A stretch of DNA of 64,000 nucleotides from Kofleriaceae bacterium. Lineage in GTDB: Bacteria; Myxococcota_A; Polyangia; Haliangiales; Haliangiaceae. Position numbers and translations under genes: made by a program. This document shows, in pieces, positions 60,841 through 64,000 of this stretch; within the stretch, counting starts at the first letter, position 1; every line of letters starts with the position of its first letter. The notes beneath the pieces were generated by a model. That model was not told where the DNA came from. It made no database searches and was given only the letters and a program-made list of their open reading frames with translations. The stretch is taken from assembly GCA_965215005.1 (NCBI GenBank), contig CBDCCZ010000044.1, forward strand, positions 1 through 64,000, written 5' to 3'.

Positions 60841-62146
60841 ATGACCCGCGCCCGCCGTAGCCTCATCATCATCGTGGTCCTGTTTACCCTTGCGGGGGTC
60901 ATTGCCGGTGCCGGCATCTGGTGGATGCGAGCAGCTCGCCCCGAGCCCGGGGCGGTCGTCGAGGTCGTGGCTCTCGATCAAGGGGCAGGCGGCGGTGGTG
61001 CGGCAAGTCCGCGGCGAGACCGAGCGGCACTTTTTCGACTTGATCGATGCGTCCGGTCGGCTGCGGTGGTCTGGGCTCATTGGCGATTATCCGTTCGCGG
61101 ATCGCGAGCCACCGCCCATCGCGGCCAGCGGTGAGGTTCTCACGGTCATCATGGTTTCACGGGGGGAGCCGGCGCTGGTGGGATTTCATCGCCGTCATGG
61201 CGAGAAGCTCGGCAGTCAATCGCAAGTCGAAGATCTGGGGGCGCGCGCGCAGCTGGCGGCAGTGCCCATCGTGACTGGCGCCAAACAGTCGTACTACCTT
61301 TACGACGATGGCTCCGGTAGCACCCGCATCGTTGCCATCGAGCCGCAGTGGGGCGGCGAGGTATGGCGTCGGCAGGTTCATGGAAGAGTGATCGCGGCCG
61401 CCGAGCTAGGCGATGCTCTCGCGTTACACGTTGGCGACGGCGGCGCGTTGGAGCTGCTCGATTCCGCGGGCGGAGAGCCCCGCGCGCGCGTCGAGCTCGA
61501 CCCGGACACGCCGGTGTGCCTGCGGCCTGAGCGCGCGTTCATCGAGCAACAGGGCGCCGTTCGCGCGGTCGATGCTTCAGGTGCGGTGGGCGCGCCTCTC
61601 GAGCTCGATCATCTGGGTCGCGTCTGCACCGGGACGCCGGAGCTCGACATTCTTGGCGTGCGCGACGGCTTGGCAGCGGTGCGAAACGGCGATGAGATTT
61701 CTTGGAAGGTGATGCTCGACTGGCTGCGCCCGCCCGCACCGCTGGAATCGCCACGCGAGGCGGGCGACGTTCTTGCAGTGCACACGGGTGCGCGCGCGGT
61801 GGCGGTGAGCACCAGCGATGGGCGCACGGTGTGGCGCTCAGAAGGGGCGAGCGGACTGCGGCTGCTCTATGGTCCCGGCAGTCGCCACCTGCTGCACGAT
61901 CCTGAGCGTCACCTCATTGGCGTGTTGGAAAACGGCGAGGTGGTCGCCGCGGCCGAGCTCGGTGCCTGGCAACCACCTGCGGCGGCGGCTTTGTCGGCGG
62001 AGCAGCTGTGGCTCCACCGAGATGAGGAGGTGGCTGCTTTCGAGCTGACCACTCTGGCGCCCATCGACCGCGCGGCGGTTGCGCCCCTTTCTCTCATTGA
62101 GGCCAGAAAACTGGCCTCGCTGTTCGGGCTTTCGACCGGCACCTAG
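60841..62146 (+). CDS. Membrane-anchored PQQ-like beta-propeller protein; +1 frameshift near 60985
   Basis: N-terminal TM in ORF 60841 joins ORF 60890 across a G run; repeats such as DASGRLRW, EPQWGGEVW and STSDGRTVW. Confidence 0.55.
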
Positions 62147-62275
62147 TGGTATCGGTCTTCCCGCGGCGGCGCACTCCAGACGCGAGCGGCGATGCATGCT
62201 CAGCAGCGCCGAGCCGTTGCAGCTTGCTTTTTGCTTGCGTCACGTTATCGTGGGCCCGCTCGGACACATAGCTGA

Positions 62276-64000
<1,725 letters not shown>

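Noticed and set aside
60841..61134. Separate 97-aa ORF
   Set aside because: Only its N-terminal TM looks real; it joins the propeller ORF after removing one G near 60985.

Overview
GC-rich chromosomal DNA, very likely from a myxobacterium (Myxococcota), judging by MYXO-CTERM sorting signals, large eukaryote-like Ser/Thr kinases, a short OPX and TSP3/PEGA proteins. Scattered single-base frameshifts, dense in the first 2 kb, look like long-read assembly errors. Bases ~1-31,400 form a Wzx/Wzy-type surface polysaccharide locus: two GT4, GT2, priming PGT, Wzx, Wzy/ligase-like, two co-polymerases, a stand-alone BY-kinase-like protein, short OPX, a candidate outer-membrane barrel, deacetylase, CelD/BcsL-type GNAT and CapK-like ligase. 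Embedded in it are three paralogous heparinase II/III-like proteins with MYXO-CTERM tails (two share a ~1 kb, ~97% identical block), a VIT-vWA protein with a GPEP-CTERM tail next to an exosortase K-like gene, a RES-Xre toxin-antitoxin pair, a lipase/acyl-CoA synthetase fusion and an RsbW/STAS partner-switch pair. The right half is mostly housekeeping and signalling: cysK, an M16 peptidase pair, two Ser/Thr kinases, a membrane PP2C phosphatase, ettA, a site-2 protease, a TetR-linked diiron oxygenase cluster, bolA, pruA, speA, a HelD-like ATPase, and a TPP riboswitch ahead of thiC, which runs off the window. I saw no rRNA, tRNA, CRISPR array or IS element. The best candidate for an undescribed system is the polysaccharide locus carrying its own surface-anchored lyase-like proteins, a second protein-sorting system and a partner switch. 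All functional calls come from motif recognition by eye, not from database searches.
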